In this document: positions 8,945 through 21,310 of the stretch, piece after piece
Numbering within the stretch: position 1 is the stretch's first letter
How the letters are laid out: every line of letters starts with the position of its first letter
Translations under genes and position numbers: made by a program
Source: an uncultured delta proteobacterium
Lineage (GTDB): Bacteria > Myxococcota_A > Polyangia > Fen-1088
NCBI GenBank assembly: GCA_963767925.1
Contig: CAVYGB010000008.1
Coordinates: 3,040,001-3,104,000 of the forward strand
Length of the DNA stretch: 64,000 bases
Reading direction: 5' to 3'
The notes under the pieces: generated by a model
Database searches by the model: none
What the model saw: the letters and a program-made list of their open reading frames with translations, nothing else
What the model was told of the DNA's origin: nothing

Positions 8945-11047
8945 ATGTCGGAGACGGATCTGTTCGAGCGGGACCTGTTCGGTCCACCCCCGCCGCGGCG
9001 GGCCCAGGTCGTGCCACCGGCGGTGGCGCCCCGCCTGCCCACCGGCGGGCCGGAGGTCTTCGAGATCCACGCCCCCTACGAGGCGCCCGCGCCCGCCCCG
9101 GCCCCCGCGCCCGCCCCGCCGCCTGCCCCCCCTCCCGCTCCGGGGACCGCCGCCCGCGGCGCCGCCGCGCCGGTGGTCCTCAAGCGCGTGCAGATCCGCC
9201 TGCCCCTCACCAACGAGGAGCTGGAGGTCGCCAAGCTCTACGATCCGCGGGCCGACACCGTCGCCATCCGCGGCACCAACCGCCAGGGCCAGCCGGTCGA
9301 CGTGAGCCGCAAGCTGGCCGACGAGGAGCGAGCCCGCCTGCGCCGCTACCGGCAGATCCACCCCGTGCTTGCGACCGCCATGGGGCGCGCCTCGGCCGGG
9401 CAGCGCTTGCGGGTGGCGATCTGGGTGCACGTACCCGAGGACCTCTTCGACAAGGGCCCCCAGCTCGGCTCGTCGCCGGGACCGGAGGGGCCCCTGGTGG
9501 CCTCCTCCGAGAGCGACGAGACGATCGACCGGGGCGTGCGTCCCGGCGCGCCCACCCGCCCGGCCGAGCCCGGCGGCCCGGCGCGCATGACCGACTACCG
9601 CCGCCAGGTGGAGGTCGCCCTCGAGCGGGCGGCGCGCGAGCTACCCGCCGCCACCGGCGTGCAGGTCACCGGCCGGCTCGGCACCGTCCCTACCCTCCTG
9701 GTCGACGCCACCCCCGTTCAGATCCGCGCGCTGTCGGCCCGCCCCGACGTGGCGGGCCTTTACCTGCACGAGCCGGAGGGGATCGACGACCTCTCCGATT
9801 CCATGCGCATCGCCCGGGCCACCCCCACGGTGGCGGCCGGATGGAAGGGGACCAACATCCGGGTGGGCATCTGGGAGCGCGGCCCCGACGACACGACAAA
9901 CCTGCGCATCGAGGAGTTCTTCGACACCGCCCAGACCCAGAAGTCGTCTCACGCCCGCCTCACGACCGCCATCGTCAAGAACCGGGAGTCGGGCGCCCCC
10001 CAGGGGTACGCCCCCGACGCCAAGATCTTCTCGGCCAACTCCTACGGGCTGGACGCGCTCCACTGGGCGGTGGTGACAAAACAGTGCCGCGTGATCAACC
10101 AGAGCTTCCACGGCCCCAGCGAGGAGGGCTCCGGCGTCCTCTCGCTCGAGGACCTGGTCAAGGACTACCTGGCCACCCACTTCCCCTACCCCACCATCGT
10201 GCACGCCGCCGGCAACCAGTCGCCCGCCACCACCGAGTTCGTCAACCACAAGGGGTTCAACAGCGTGGTGGTCGGCAACCACGACGACACCGCCCGGCAC
10301 ATCCAGCCCAGCTCCGTGTTCCGGAACCCGACCTCGGCCCACAACGACCGGGAGCTGCCCGACCTGTGCGCCAACGGCGACGGCATCAGCGCGGTCGGGG
10401 TCAGCATGAGCGGGACCAGCTTCGCCTCGCCGGCGGTGGCCGGCTCGGTGGCCCTGCTGCAGAACGCGGCCAACGTCCTGCTGAGCTGGCCCGAGGGCTG
10501 CCGGGCCATCCTGCTGGCGGCCGCCGGGCGCAACGTGCGCGGCCGGACCTGGTGGGACGACGTCAACCTCCGCAACGACGGGCGCGATGGGGCCGGCGCC
10601 CTCGACACGCGCGAAGGGGTGCGCATCGCCCGGGACCGGGCCCGTCGCGGCGCCGCCGCCGCCCGGCGCGGCTGGGACGTGGGGACCCTGCGCACGGCCG
10701 ACTTCGACGGCAGCGGCAAGAGCACCTTCCGCCACCAGATCGCCGTGCCGGCCGGGACCGCCCCCTGTCCGGTACGGGTGGCGCTGGCCTGGAACAGCAA
10801 GGTCACCTACACCACCGACAGCACCCAGACGCCGCCGGTGACCAACGTCCGCTCCGAGCTGACCGTCGACCTCGACCTGCAGGTCTACAAGGCCGGCGCC
10901 CTGGTCGCCTGGAGCAGCAGCTTCGACAACAGCTACGAGGTCGTCGACTTCCAGGGCGAGCGGGGCGCCACCTACGACATCGTGATCCGCCGCTGGTCCG
11001 GCACCGACTGGGTCTGGTACGGCGTGGCCTGGACGGTCTTCGACTGA
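8945..11047 (+). CDS. S8 subtilisin-like serine protease with prodomain and C-terminal beta-sandwich
   Basis: VGIWERG (Asp position), SSHARLTT (His), HAAGN (oxyanion), SGTSFASP (Ser). Start chosen at ATG 8945; 8879 and 8897 are alternatives. Confidence 0.85.
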   Translation: MSETDLFERDLFGPPPPRRAQVVPPAVAPRLPTGGPEVFEIHAPYEAPAPAPAPAPAPPPAPPPAPGTAARGAAAPVVLKRVQIRLPLTNEELEVAKLYDPRADTVAIRGTNRQGQPVDVSRKLADEERARLRRYRQIHPVLATAMGRASAGQRLRVAIWVHVPEDLFDKGPQLGSSPGPEGPLVASSESDETIDRGVRPGAPTRPAEPGGPARMTDYRRQVEVALERAARELPAATGVQVTGRLGTVPTLLVDATPVQIRALSARPDVAGLYLHEPEGIDDLSDSMRIARATPTVAAGWKGTNIRVGIWERGPDDTTNLRIEEFFDTAQTQKSSHARLTTAIVKNRESGAPQGYAPDAKIFSANSYGLDALHWAVVTKQCRVINQSFHGPSEEGSGVLSLEDLVKDYLATHFPYPTIVHAAGNQSPATTEFVNHKGFNSVVVGNHDDTARHIQPSSVFRNPTSAHNDRELPDLCANGDGISAVGVSMSGTSFASPAVAGSVALLQNAANVLLSWPEGCRAILLAAAGRNVRGRTWWDDVNLRNDGRDGAGALDTREGVRIARDRARRGAAAARRGWDVGTLRTADFDGSGKSTFRHQIAVPAGTAPCPVRVALAWNSKVTYTTDSTQTPPVTNVRSELTVDLDLQVYKAGALVAWSSSFDNSYEVVDFQGERGATYDIVIRRWSGTDWVWYGVAWTVFD

Positions 11048-11085
11048 GGGCAGCGGGGCCAGGGCGCGGGCGGGGAGGTCGGAAG

Positions 11086-12396
11086 ATGGTCTCGAAGAGA
11101 GCGTGGTTGCAGGCGGAGCTGTTCTACGCCGATCTGATGGGGCTGCCGGCCCCCTTGCTTCCGGGCAGCGCCCGGCCGCTGCGGCGGCTGCCGGCCTTGC
11201 CGTACGAGCAGAACCCGCCCGCCCCCGCGGTCCTCCCGCCGCCCACCCCCATCCACCCGGTCCCCCGGGGCCTCAACCTGGTCCCCCACGCCCACCTGCG
11301 CCAGACCTGCGCCGACGGGCAGGCCTTCCGGGCCGACGCCGCCGCCACCCCGATGTCGTCGGCCACCATGAACCCGGGCTTCCTGAAGGCCGACGACCTG
11401 ATCGAGTTCGACACCCGCCTCGACGGCAAGCTGATCGACCTCATCGTGGGCAACGCCGACTACCGGACCATGGTGAGCGCCGAGAGCGTCCGGCGCCGCT
11501 GGCCCAGCCAGGGGGACAAGCTGCGGGTGGCCCTCGTCGACCTCACGGGTAGCAAGCTGTGCCGGCCCGGCTACGCCGGCTGGGGCTCGACCTGGCCGAT
11601 GCCTGGCGGCAGCACCGCCAAGATCGCGATGGTCTACGCCGCCCACCAGCTCCTCTTCGATCTCGACGAGCTGGCCCGGGTGGGCGGCCTGCGCACGGCC
11701 GCCGACCTGAAGACCGCCGCCCGCGCCGCCTGGTCGGGGCTGACCTGCCCGCCCGACCTCGACTGGCTCGTCCAGCTCGACGCCAGCAGCGCTCCGGTGC
11801 GGGCCACCGCCAGCGCCAACCTGCAGCGGCACCTGCGGGAGATGGTGGACGCCTCCTTCTCCGGCGTCAGCACCTCGCGGGCCAGCGAGCTGATCATGCG
11901 GATCGGGTTCGAATACCTCGCCTCGGTGCTGTGGCAGTCGGGCCTGCGCCACCCCACCCGCAACGGGCTGTGGGTGGGTAACACCTTCATGAACGTGTCG
12001 ATCACCGCGCGCGCCCAGGCGGCCTGCCACAGCGGCAACAACCCCATCACCTGGAGCAAGAACCCGCTGGGGGCCACCGGCATCACCCTCACCGGCCTGT
12101 CGGCGGCGACCTATTTCACGCTCCTGGCCCAGCGCCGGCTGGTCAACGACGCGGGCTCGCGCCAGATCGAGACCCTGCTCGCCAGTGGCTGCCGCTTCAT
12201 CTCCCTCTCCGGCGCCACAATCCGGGCCAGCAAATGTGGCCTCACCTCCTCGGTGCGCCACGACGCCGCCCTGATCGAGAACGGCACCCGCCGCTACGTG
12301 GTCGTCGTCCTGACCAAAGACGCCACCTGGTCCACCGCCGTGCGCGCCCGCTTCCTCGACGACCTCGACACCCTCATCCGCAACAACAACCCTTGA
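11086..12396 (+). CDS. Serine hydrolase, class A beta-lactamase/PBP-like fold
   Basis: GGAGG RBS at 11074. VALVDLT..., GSTAK (SxxK), SKCG at the KTG position, RHDAALIE...RRYVVVVLT. Confidence 0.75.
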   Translation: MVSKRAWLQAELFYADLMGLPAPLLPGSARPLRRLPALPYEQNPPAPAVLPPPTPIHPVPRGLNLVPHAHLRQTCADGQAFRADAAATPMSSATMNPGFLKADDLIEFDTRLDGKLIDLIVGNADYRTMVSAESVRRRWPSQGDKLRVALVDLTGSKLCRPGYAGWGSTWPMPGGSTAKIAMVYAAHQLLFDLDELARVGGLRTAADLKTAARAAWSGLTCPPDLDWLVQLDASSAPVRATASANLQRHLREMVDASFSGVSTSRASELIMRIGFEYLASVLWQSGLRHPTRNGLWVGNTFMNVSITARAQAACHSGNNPITWSKNPLGATGITLTGLSAATYFTLLAQRRLVNDAGSRQIETLLASGCRFISLSGATIRASKCGLTSSVRHDAALIENGTRRYVVVVLTKDATWSTAVRARFLDDLDTLIRNNNP

Positions 12397-12467
12397 ACGC
12401 CCGGCAGACGGCGATCGGGAGCCTGCCGGGGCCTCAGCAACGACCCGGACCGTGATACCCTCCCCGG

Positions 12468-13916
<1,449 letters not shown>

Positions 13917-14086
13917 CAAGCTCCGGGCGCACGGGCTGCCCACCGATCCCGGCCCGGCCGCCGCCTGACCGCCCGCGCCCGCGCTCGCCGCCGCCCCGTC
14001 TCCGCGCGGGCCGCCGCCGCTCCGGCGGCGGGGATTGATCGGCCGTCGCCTTGCTTTGTCCACCCGGCGCCCCACCTTCGTGTTCC

Positions 14087-16525
14087 ATGGCCATCAAGAA
14101 GGCGTCGTCGAATTCAGGCCGCTCACCCTCCACCCGCGGTCCGGCCGCCGGAGCCTCCACCTCCAGCGCCCGCTCGACGGTGAGCGGCCCCGCCCGCAAG
14201 GACCGGGCCTCGCGCCAGGCCGGCGATGCCCTCGTCGCGAAGATGGACGGCACCAACGCGCTCGTCGCCGAGCGGCCCTTCAACCCCAACAAGGCGGGCG
14301 AACACGGCAAGGCCGCCCTCGATCCCCAGCCGGGTGCCACCGCCAAGCCGGCCTCGCCGGCCATCACTGCGAGCACCTGGACCGAGGGGAGGGGCTCGGT
14401 TAAGACCGGCTCGGGCAAGCCCAACCTGGGCCACAACCCGGGCAACCTCCCCCTCGACCGTGTCCGCGTCGACTCCTCGGAGCGCGTGCTGACCACGAAC
14501 CAGGGGGTGCCGATCGCCGACAACCAGAGCTCGCTCAAGGCGGGCCTGCGGGGCCCGGCGCTGCTCGAGGACTTCATCCTCCGGGAGAAGATCACCCACT
14601 TCGACCACGAGCGGATCCCCGAGCGCATCGTGCATGCCCGGGGCTCGGCGGCCCACGGATTCTTCGAGTGCTACCAGCCCATGACCAAGGTGACCCGGGC
14701 CTCCCTCTTCGCCGAGGCTGGCAAGCGCACCCCGGTCTTCGTCCGCTTCTCCACGGTGGTCGGCGAACGTGGGTCGGCCGACACGCCCCGCGACGTCCGC
14801 GGCTTCGCCGTCAAGTTCTACACCGACGAGGGCAACTGGGACCTGGTGGGCAACAACATCCCGGTGTTCTTCATCCAGGACGCGATGAAGTTCCCCGACC
14901 TCATCCACGCCGCCAAGCCCGAGCCCCACTTCGGCATGCCCCAGGCCGCCACCGCCCACGACACCTTCTGGGACTTCGTGTCCTTGATGCCCGAGTCGAT
15001 GCACATGCTGATGTGGGCGATGTCCGACCGGACCTTGCCCCGCAGCTACCGCATGATGCAAGGCTTCGGGGTGCACACCTTCCGGCTGGTCAACGGGGAG
15101 GGTGAATCGACCTTCGTGAAGTTCCACTTCCGACCGGTCGCCGGGACCCACTCGCTGGACTGGGACGAGTCGGTGAAGATCATGGGCGCCGATCCCGACT
15201 TTCACCGCCGCGACCTCTGGGAGGCCATCGAGGGCGGCGCCTTCCCCGAGTGGGAGCTGTCATTTCAGCTCTTCTCCGAGGAGCAGGCCGAGCGCTTCTC
15301 CTTCGACGTCCTCGACGCCACGAAGATCGTGCCCGAGGAGCTGGTCCCGCTCACCCCGGTGGGCCGGCTGGTGCTCGACCGCAACCCCGACAACTTCTTC
15401 GCCGAGACCGAGCAGGTGGCCTTCTGCGCCGCCCACATCGTGCCGGGCATCGACTTCTCCAACGACCCCTTGCTGGCCGGGCGCATCCACTCCTACGTCG
15501 ACACCCAGATCTCGCGCCTCGGCGGCCCTAACTTCCACGAGATCCCGATCAACGCCCCCATCGCCCAGGCCCACAACAACCAGCGGGACGGCATGCACCG
15601 CCAGGCCATCAACCGGGGACGGGTGGCCTACGAGCCGAACTCCCTGGGAGGCGGCTGTCCTTTCCAGGCCGGCAGCGCTGGCTTCACCTCGTTCCGGCAG
15701 CCGCGCGACGGAGACAAGGTGCGGGGAAAGCCCGAGAAGTTCGCCGACCACTACAGCCAGGCCACCCTCTTTTACAACAGCCAGACGCCGATCGAGAGGG
15801 CGCACATCCGCCGGGCCTTCCGCTTCGAGCTCACGAAGGTCCAGACGCCCGCCGTGCGCGAGCGGGTGGTAGCCATGATCGCCAACGCCGACGCCGAGCT
15901 GGCCGAGGCGCTGGCCGGCGACCTGGGGATGGCCGAGACGCCCGCGCCCCTGCCCAGGGCGCTCAAGCGAGCGCCCCGGCCCGAGGTGGAGACCTCGCCG
16001 GCCCTGTCGCTGTTCGCCCGCCCGGGCGACGGCAGCATCCGCACCCGCCGGGTGGCCATCCTTGTCGCCGACGGCGTGGCGGGCGAGGCGGCGGAGGCCC
16101 TTCACGCGGCGCTCGGCGCGCAAGGCGCGGTGGCGCGTTACGTGGGACCGCGGCTCGGGACGGTCACCACCGAGGAGGGGGAGCCGCTGGAGGTGGAGGT
16201 CACGCTGGAGACGATGCCCTCGGTCCTCTTCGACGCGGTGGCGGTCCCCGGCGGCCGGCGCGCCGTCGAGGCGCTCGGCAACCTGGGCCATGCCCTCGAG
16301 TTCCTCAAGGACCAGTATCGCCACGCCAAGGCCATCCTCGCCCTCGGTGACGCCGCGGGCCTGCTGGAGAAGGCCGGCATCTCTGCGCTCCTGCCTTCCG
16401 GCAAAGCGGATCCCGGGCTGCTCGTGGTGCCGGCCGAGGGGCTCGCCAAGGTGGTGCCCTCCTTCGTGAAGGCCATCGCCCGCCACCGCCACCACGAGCG
16501 GGAGCTGGACCCACCCGGCGTGTGA
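14087..16525 (+). CDS. katE: Catalase HPII (large-subunit, clade 2) with C-terminal DJ-1/GATase-like domain
   Basis: [38 protein letters not shown]-terminal [10 protein letters not shown]...FDAVAVPGG. Confidence 0.95.
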   Translation: MAIKKASSNSGRSPSTRGPAAGASTSSARSTVSGPARKDRASRQAGDALVAKMDGTNALVAERPFNPNKAGEHGKAALDPQPGATAKPASPAITASTWTEGRGSVKTGSGKPNLGHNPGNLPLDRVRVDSSERVLTTNQGVPIADNQSSLKAGLRGPALLEDFILREKITHFDHERIPERIVHARGSAAHGFFECYQPMTKVTRASLFAEAGKRTPVFVRFSTVVGERGSADTPRDVRGFAVKFYTDEGNWDLVGNNIPVFFIQDAMKFPDLIHAAKPEPHFGMPQAATAHDTFWDFVSLMPESMHMLMWAMSDRTLPRSYRMMQGFGVHTFRLVNGEGESTFVKFHFRPVAGTHSLDWDESVKIMGADPDFHRRDLWEAIEGGAFPEWELSFQLFSEEQAERFSFDVLDATKIVPEELVPLTPVGRLVLDRNPDNFFAETEQVAFCAAHIVPGIDFSNDPLLAGRIHSYVDTQISRLGGPNFHEIPINAPIAQAHNNQRDGMHRQAINRGRVAYEPNSLGGGCPFQAGSAGFTSFRQPRDGDKVRGKPEKFADHYSQATLFYNSQTPIERAHIRRAFRFELTKVQTPAVRERVVAMIANADAELAEALAGDLGMAETPAPLPRALKRAPRPEVETSPALSLFARPGDGSIRTRRVAILVADGVAGEAAEALHAALGAQGAVARYVGPRLGTVTTEEGEPLEVEVTLETMPSVLFDAVAVPGGRRAVEALGNLGHALEFLKDQYRHAKAILALGDAAGLLEKAGISALLPSGKADPGLLVVPAEGLAKVVPSFVKAIARHRHHERELDPPGV

Positions 16526-16911
16526 CGCCCGGGGCGGGCGCGGGCGCAGCGCGCCAGGCTCGGGTTGCGCCGAACCGACCGCACATCGGAGCTACGAAGA
16601 CAGGTTCACAGGGAAAACGAACCCCTGTCGGCGGGGCCCGCGTCCTTCACCACCCGGGAGAAATCTGCCGCCGAGACCGCCAAAAGCACGGCCGGGCTCG
16701 AGGTGGTCACGACAAATGGCTGGCTGGGCAACGTCACGAGCCAGGTGAGCACGGCGGGGATCGGGGCAGGGTGCAGCAAGGCCAAGGTGGATCCGACCGA
16801 GCCGACCATCCTGGCCGACGTCACGGTGGCGAGCCGCCAGGGCGAGGGGGACAAGTCTCGCATCGCCGCGGCCTACTTCGGCGACACCACCTGGGTGGAG
16901 CAGCCCTGAGC

Positions 16912-17530
16912 CTATCCAGAGCGCTTGCCGCTGAGCTGGACCTCGTCGATGAGGCCGTAGTCTGTCGCCTCGGCGGCCGACATGAAGTTGTCGCGTTCGG
17001 TGTCGCGGGCGATCTTCTCGGCGGTCTGGCCGGTGTGCCTGGCGTAGAGGGCGTTGATGGTGGTCCGCGCCGCGAGGATCTCGCGGGCCTGGATCGCGAT
17101 GTCGGTGGCGCTCCCCTGGAAGCCGGCCAGGGGCTGGTGGATCATCACGCGCGCGTGGGGAAGCGCCTTCCGCTTGCCCTTGGTGCCGGCGGCGAGCAGG
17201 AAGCTCGCCATCGAGGCGGCCTGGCCCAGGCAGAAGGTCGCCACCGGGCAGCGCAGGGCCATGCATGGTGTCGTAGATCGCCAGACCGGCGGTGACCTCG
17301 CCGCCTGGAGAGTTGATGTAGATGATGACGTCCTTGTCCGGATCCTCCGACTCGAGGAACAGGAGCTGGGCGACGACGACGTTGGCCAGCAGGTCGTCGA
17401 TCTCGGTGCCCAGGAAGATGATGCGGTCCTTGAGCAGGCGCGAGAACAGGTCCCAGCCCCGCTCGCCCCGGTGGGTCTGCTCGACGACGGTCGGAATTAA
17501 TCCCTGCATCGCTCTCGAATAGTCGGTCAT
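16912..17530 (-). CDS. clpP: ATP-dependent Clp protease proteolytic subunit, one apparent +1 frameshift near 17260
   Basis: [22 protein letters not shown], then in another frame [19 protein letters not shown]. Removing one G restores DTMHALRC. Confidence 0.9.
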
Positions 17531-17952
17531 CGCTTCTCCGGTGTGGACAGCCAGGTCACCAGCCCCGCGCGGGCGAACCGCCAGGAGTCCCCGAGCTTTC
17601 GCCCGGGAAGCTCGCCCGACTCGGCCAGCTCGACGATGGCCGCCTCGTCGATCTGGAGGAACTCCGCCGCCTGACGGACGTCCATCACCTCGGGCGGGTC
17701 GTGGGGCTGAAAGGAATACGAGCCGCGGAGGGGCCCGGCGGGGCCGAGCTCGGCCGGGATCGAGCGGGTCGCCAGCGACCCCAGCGCGCTGAGCCCCTGG
17801 CGGCTGTCCGGATCGACGTAGCGCGATACCAGGCCGGCGACGAGATCCTTCTTGCGCATGCCCAGCACCTCCGCCGCGCGATCGAGCTTGTCGACCGCCG
17901 TCGCGGGCAGCCGCACGAACAGCGCGCCCTCCGAGGGGGTCCGCTTCGACAT
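17527..17952 (-). CDS. DNA-binding protein: N-terminal ribbon-helix-helix plus C-terminal excisionase-like HTH_17
   Basis: [29 protein letters not shown] (RHH-like); [13 protein letters not shown]...[14 protein letters not shown] (HTH_17). ATGA overlap with clpP. Confidence 0.8.
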   Translation of the reverse strand: MSKRTPSEGALFVRLPATAVDKLDRAAEVLGMRKKDLVAGLVSRYVDPDSRQGLSALGSLATRSIPAELGPAGPLRGSYSFQPHDPPEVMDVRQAAEFLQIDEAAIVELAESGELPGRKLGDSWRFARAGLVTWLSTPEKR

Positions 17953-17987
17953 GTCCCCTAGGATATCCGAGGATATCTCGGGGTCAA
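17953..17987 (-). promoter_or_regulatory. Sigma-70-like promoter (TTGACC-N16-TATCCT) overlapped by a GATATCC direct repeat
   Basis: -35 at 17987-17982 and -10 at 17965-17960, 7 nt before the ATG. Repeats at 17961-17967 and 17971-17977. Confidence 0.55.
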
Positions 17988-18137
17988 GCGCGCCCGTCGG
18001 CCCGGCGGGTCGGGGGGCAGACCACATCCCACCACCAGGCCACGCCCGGCGGGCGCCCCGGAGGAGCAAAGCGCGCGGGGGCGGAAGTCTCTTCCCCGGG
18101 AGGCCACGGCGCGCATAGACTCGAAGCTGGTCCTGGG

Positions 18138-18623
18138 ATGGTTCGGCTGGTTGGTTGTCTGATCGGGATTGGCGTCGCCACCCTCGCGACCGGGAGCGGC
18201 GCGTGGCGGAGAGACCTCCTCGCCGGCGAGAGCGCTCGGGCCGCACCGGGAGATGGCGAAGGCCGCGCGCCCAACCCCTGGGCCACCCTCCGCGGCTGCC
18301 TGGCGATCCTCGAACGGTTCGACCAGTGCGCCGCGGACAAGGCCTTCAAGGCCTTCATCGACCGCTGGGTCGCCGCCGAGGCGGCCAGCAAGGCGACGGC
18401 CGCCGAGATCAGGCGCCGGCTCGAAGCCTGGAGCAAGGCCGCCGGGCGGCGGGAGCAGTGTGCGATCTGGGCCCGTCGAGGCGGCGCGCCCGAGCACCTC
18501 GGCGAGACCTCCGCCCTCGCGACGAGCGCCCGCTCCCGCAGCGCGCCCTGCGACCGCTACGCCCGCGAGATCGACAAGGACGCCTGGGTGCCGCGCGCGC
18601 TGGTCGACGCCCGAATGGATTGA
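18138..18623 (+). CDS. Hypothetical, probably exported Cys-containing helical protein
   Basis: Hydrophobic N-terminus and GC3-rich codons in the 3' two-thirds. Confidence 0.5.
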   Translation: MVRLVGCLIGIGVATLATGSGAWRRDLLAGESARAAPGDGEGRAPNPWATLRGCLAILERFDQCAADKAFKAFIDRWVAAEAASKATAAEIRRRLEAWSKAAGRREQCAIWARRGGAPEHLGETSALATSARSRSAPCDRYAREIDKDAWVPRALVDARMD

Positions 18624-18690
18624 CGCCGCCTGACCGCTCGACCGGACGGATCTTCCGGGCGGCGGCGGATGCCCGGGCCCCGGCGGCCGG

Positions 18691-19479
18691 TCAGCGAAAG
18701 GCGTAGCCGGTCGAGAGCAGGAGCCGGAGCAACGACGGCGCGCCGGCGACCGTCGCTTCCGCCCGGGCCCCGACCGTCCACCTGGCGATCGTGGCGTCCG
18801 CGCCGAGCCCCAGGATGGCCCGCGCGCGGCCGGCGGAGAGGACCGGCACCGCCCCCGTCGCGGCGGCCAGCCAGCGCAGCGGACCGACCCGCTGGAGCGT
18901 GCCGCTGAGCCCCGCGGTGACCTCGGAGGGGTTCATCGGGTTCACGACCGGGCCCGCCGCCGGTCCATGGTGACCGGCGTGACCATCCAGCGCGGCGAGC
19001 GCGCGGCCGTAACCAACCTCGGCGGCCAGGGCGAGGTGGCTCCAGCCCACGCTGGTCCAGATCCCCGCCATCAACATCGCGTGCCCCATCCCGAGCTGCC
19101 GTCCGGCATCGCCGAGCGGGGCCGACCCCATGAGGGCGAATCCGCCCGCCGGCCCGGCACCCGCGCGCCCGAAGACCGGGACCGCCACCGCCAGGCTCGG
19201 GTCGCCGGGCCCGAACCAGGTGGCCCCCTCCGACTGCAGCCGGTACACGGGGAACCGCACGGCGGCGGAGAACGCCCTCGACCCGCCCGAGAGGCGCAGC
19301 CCCATCCCCTGGAAGTTTCCCGCCCCGTGCTCGTCGCGGAAGGTGGCCACCTCCGGCTCGAAGGCCACCGTCACCGCCGGGCCGGCGGCTTCGTCCTGCA
19401 CCGCGGGAGCGTGTGAATGCGCGCGGGCGACGCCGCCCGCGCCCAGCAGCAAGAGCAACGCGATGGAGAGAGGCACCAT
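18691..19479 (-). CDS. Putative outer-membrane beta-barrel protein with His/Met-containing loops
   Basis: Signal peptide MVPLSIALLLLLGAGGVARA, alternating beta-strand pattern, C-terminal STGYAFR, segments HSH, GMGH, HAGHHG. Confidence 0.6.
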   Translation of the reverse strand: MVPLSIALLLLLGAGGVARAHSHAPAVQDEAAGPAVTVAFEPEVATFRDEHGAGNFQGMGLRLSGGSRAFSAAVRFPVYRLQSEGATWFGPGDPSLAVAVPVFGRAGAGPAGGFALMGSAPLGDAGRQLGMGHAMLMAGIWTSVGWSHLALAAEVGYGRALAALDGHAGHHGPAAGPVVNPMNPSEVTAGLSGTLQRVGPLRWLAAATGAVPVLSAGRARAILGLGADATIARWTVGARAEATVAGAPSLLRLLLSTGYAFR

Positions 19480-19549
19480 GTCCGGCAAGATGCCCCGGTC
19501 GCGGCCGGCTGCGAATGCGGTTTGTTGTCGCAGCTCCCCGGCGACGGGT

Positions 19550-21310
19550 CTACGGGAGCTGCCGGGGGTCGGTCGGCTCGGCGGCGCCCAGCGGGCGCAG
19601 CAGCGGGCTCCGCGGTCGACCCTGCAGCGCGAGGGGCGGCTCACCGGCAAATTGCAGCCAGGCCCAGGTGGGCTCGGGCTCGGGCAGGTCGACCACGAAG
19701 CCGGCCCCGTGCTCGAGGACCGCCCGGTAGACGACGATCGAGCGGATGACAGCTCCCGCCCGGTCGAGCACCTGGGCCACCTCGGCGTCGCCGACCGGCT
19801 GTTGCCCGGGGCGCACCAGGTGACCGAGCGAGAGCCGGCCGTCGGCCGACACAACCGCCGACCGGTGCGGCGAGGTGAGGACCACCTCGCCGATCAGCCG
19901 GGCCCCACCCAGCCGCCCGATCTCGGTCCGGCGCTTGGCCAGCTCGCCGTAGGTGTGGTCGCTGATCCAGGTGGGGTTGCAGTAGCCCATCAGATCCTTG
20001 CGGCTGCTCGGCACCAGGCCGCCGTTGCGCACGTCGAAGCCGGGCACCCCGATGCTGCCGTCGGAATAGGGGAAGGCGCGGTCGACGTCCTCGGGCGTGA
20101 TCTCCCCGCAGGGCGAGGGCGAGTGGCTGCGCCCGTGCTGGTGGCCCAGCTCGTGGGCCAGGGTCTCGGCCGAGATGGCGCCGGTGTAGCCGACGCCGAT
20201 GCTGACCTGCTGGGCGGCGTTCGCCCGCAGCGGTCGGAACGACAGCCCCGCGACGCAGGCTCCGTCGCAATAGGTGCGGAAGCTGCCGGCGGGCGAGATG
20301 AGACCGTAGTAATGCCAGTCCGTGCCCCGCCCCTCTTCCTGGCGCAGGTTGCGCACGCCGTTGATCAGCTCCGGCCAGCCGTCACCGTCGGGCCCCACCT
20401 CCAGCTCGCCGGCCAGCACCGGCTCTCCGACCTCCACCTTGACCTCGCGGGTCGGATACTGGGCCTGCAGCAGCGCCTGGAAGGCCACGATCTGTTGCTC
20501 CGACACGTCGGGGGAGCGATCCGAGCCGTCGGCCTGGTACAGGATCGGCACGAACTTGACCTGCAAGGTCCCGGTGTCGATGGCCCCGAGCGCGATCGGG
20601 CCCGCCGCCGGCACCCGGGTCCGGCCGCCGCCGGGGCAGGTGACGCCGAGGTCGAGCTCGATCTGGGCTGTCGTGTCGGTCCGGACGTGCACACCCGGCA
20701 CCGTGAAGTTCAGGGTCGTCGCCGGTTCCTCCACCTGCGAGTCCCGGGTCAGGTTGAGGCCCGCCGAAACGGTGTGGACGCCCGCCGACGAGGTCAGCGT
20801 GAGCCGGCCGGCCAGGTTGCCCGTCCGCGCGGTCCCCGTGTAACGCAGCAGCGCCTGGAACACGGTCGGGCGACCCACGATGATCGGCGCGTTCCGGTTC
20901 GCCACCACCTGGCCGTCCTGCAGCAGCCGGACCTGCACCGCCTGGTACAGCCCCAGCCCATGGATCTGCAAGTTGCAGGCATGCGGCTCCGGCACCGGCC
21001 CGGCGGCGATCGGCCCCGGCGTCATCGAATTCGGCGGCGCCGGCGGGCTGGGCGCGGGCGCCGGGGCGGGCACCGGAACCGGCGCCGGCATCGGCGGCGT
21101 CGCCATCGGCGGCGCGACCACCGGCGGGGGCGTCACCGCCGGGGGCGGCGGTGCCGAGCCGCCGGGCGAGCCGGCAAACTGGGCGGAAAACTGCCCCGTG
21201 CAGCCCGCTGCGGCGACCGCCAGCACGGGGAGCGCGACGAGGGCCGCCTGGAGGAAGCCCGGACCGCGCCGGGCGAGGGAATTGCCGCGAAGATAGGCCT
21301 TGACGCACAT
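19550..21310 (-). CDS. Metzincin-type (M66-like) metalloprotease lipoprotein
   Basis: Lipobox AAAGC, Pro-rich linker, HELGHQHGRSH zinc motif, Met-turn DLMGYC. Confidence 0.8.
   Translation of the reverse strand: MCVKAYLRGNSLARRGPGFLQAALVALPVLAVAAAGCTGQFSAQFAGSPGGSAPPPPAVTPPPVVAPPMATPPMPAPVPVPAPAPAPSPPAPPNSMTPGPIAAGPVPEPHACNLQIHGLGLYQAVQVRLLQDGQVVANRNAPIIVGRPTVFQALLRYTGTARTGNLAGRLTLTSSAGVHTVSAGLNLTRDSQVEEPATTLNFTVPGVHVRTDTTAQIELDLGVTCPGGGRTRVPAAGPIALGAIDTGTLQVKFVPILYQADGSDRSPDVSEQQIVAFQALLQAQYPTREVKVEVGEPVLAGELEVGPDGDGWPELINGVRNLRQEEGRGTDWHYYGLISPAGSFRTYCDGACVAGLSFRPLRANAAQQVSIGVGYTGAISAETLAHELGHQHGRSHSPSPCGEITPEDVDRAFPYSDGSIGVPGFDVRNGGLVPSSRKDLMGYCNPTWISDHTYGELAKRRTEIGRLGGARLIGEVVLTSPHRSAVVSADGRLSLGHLVRPGQQPVGDAEVAQVLDRAGAVIRSIVVYRAVLEHGAGFVVDLPEPEPTWAWLQFAGEPPLALQGRPRSPLLRPLGAAEPTDPRQLP

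Noticed and set aside
16565..16909. 114-aa ORF between katE and clpP
   Set aside because: The 3' half looks coding, but there is no credible start, RBS or recognisable family; possibly a gene remnant.
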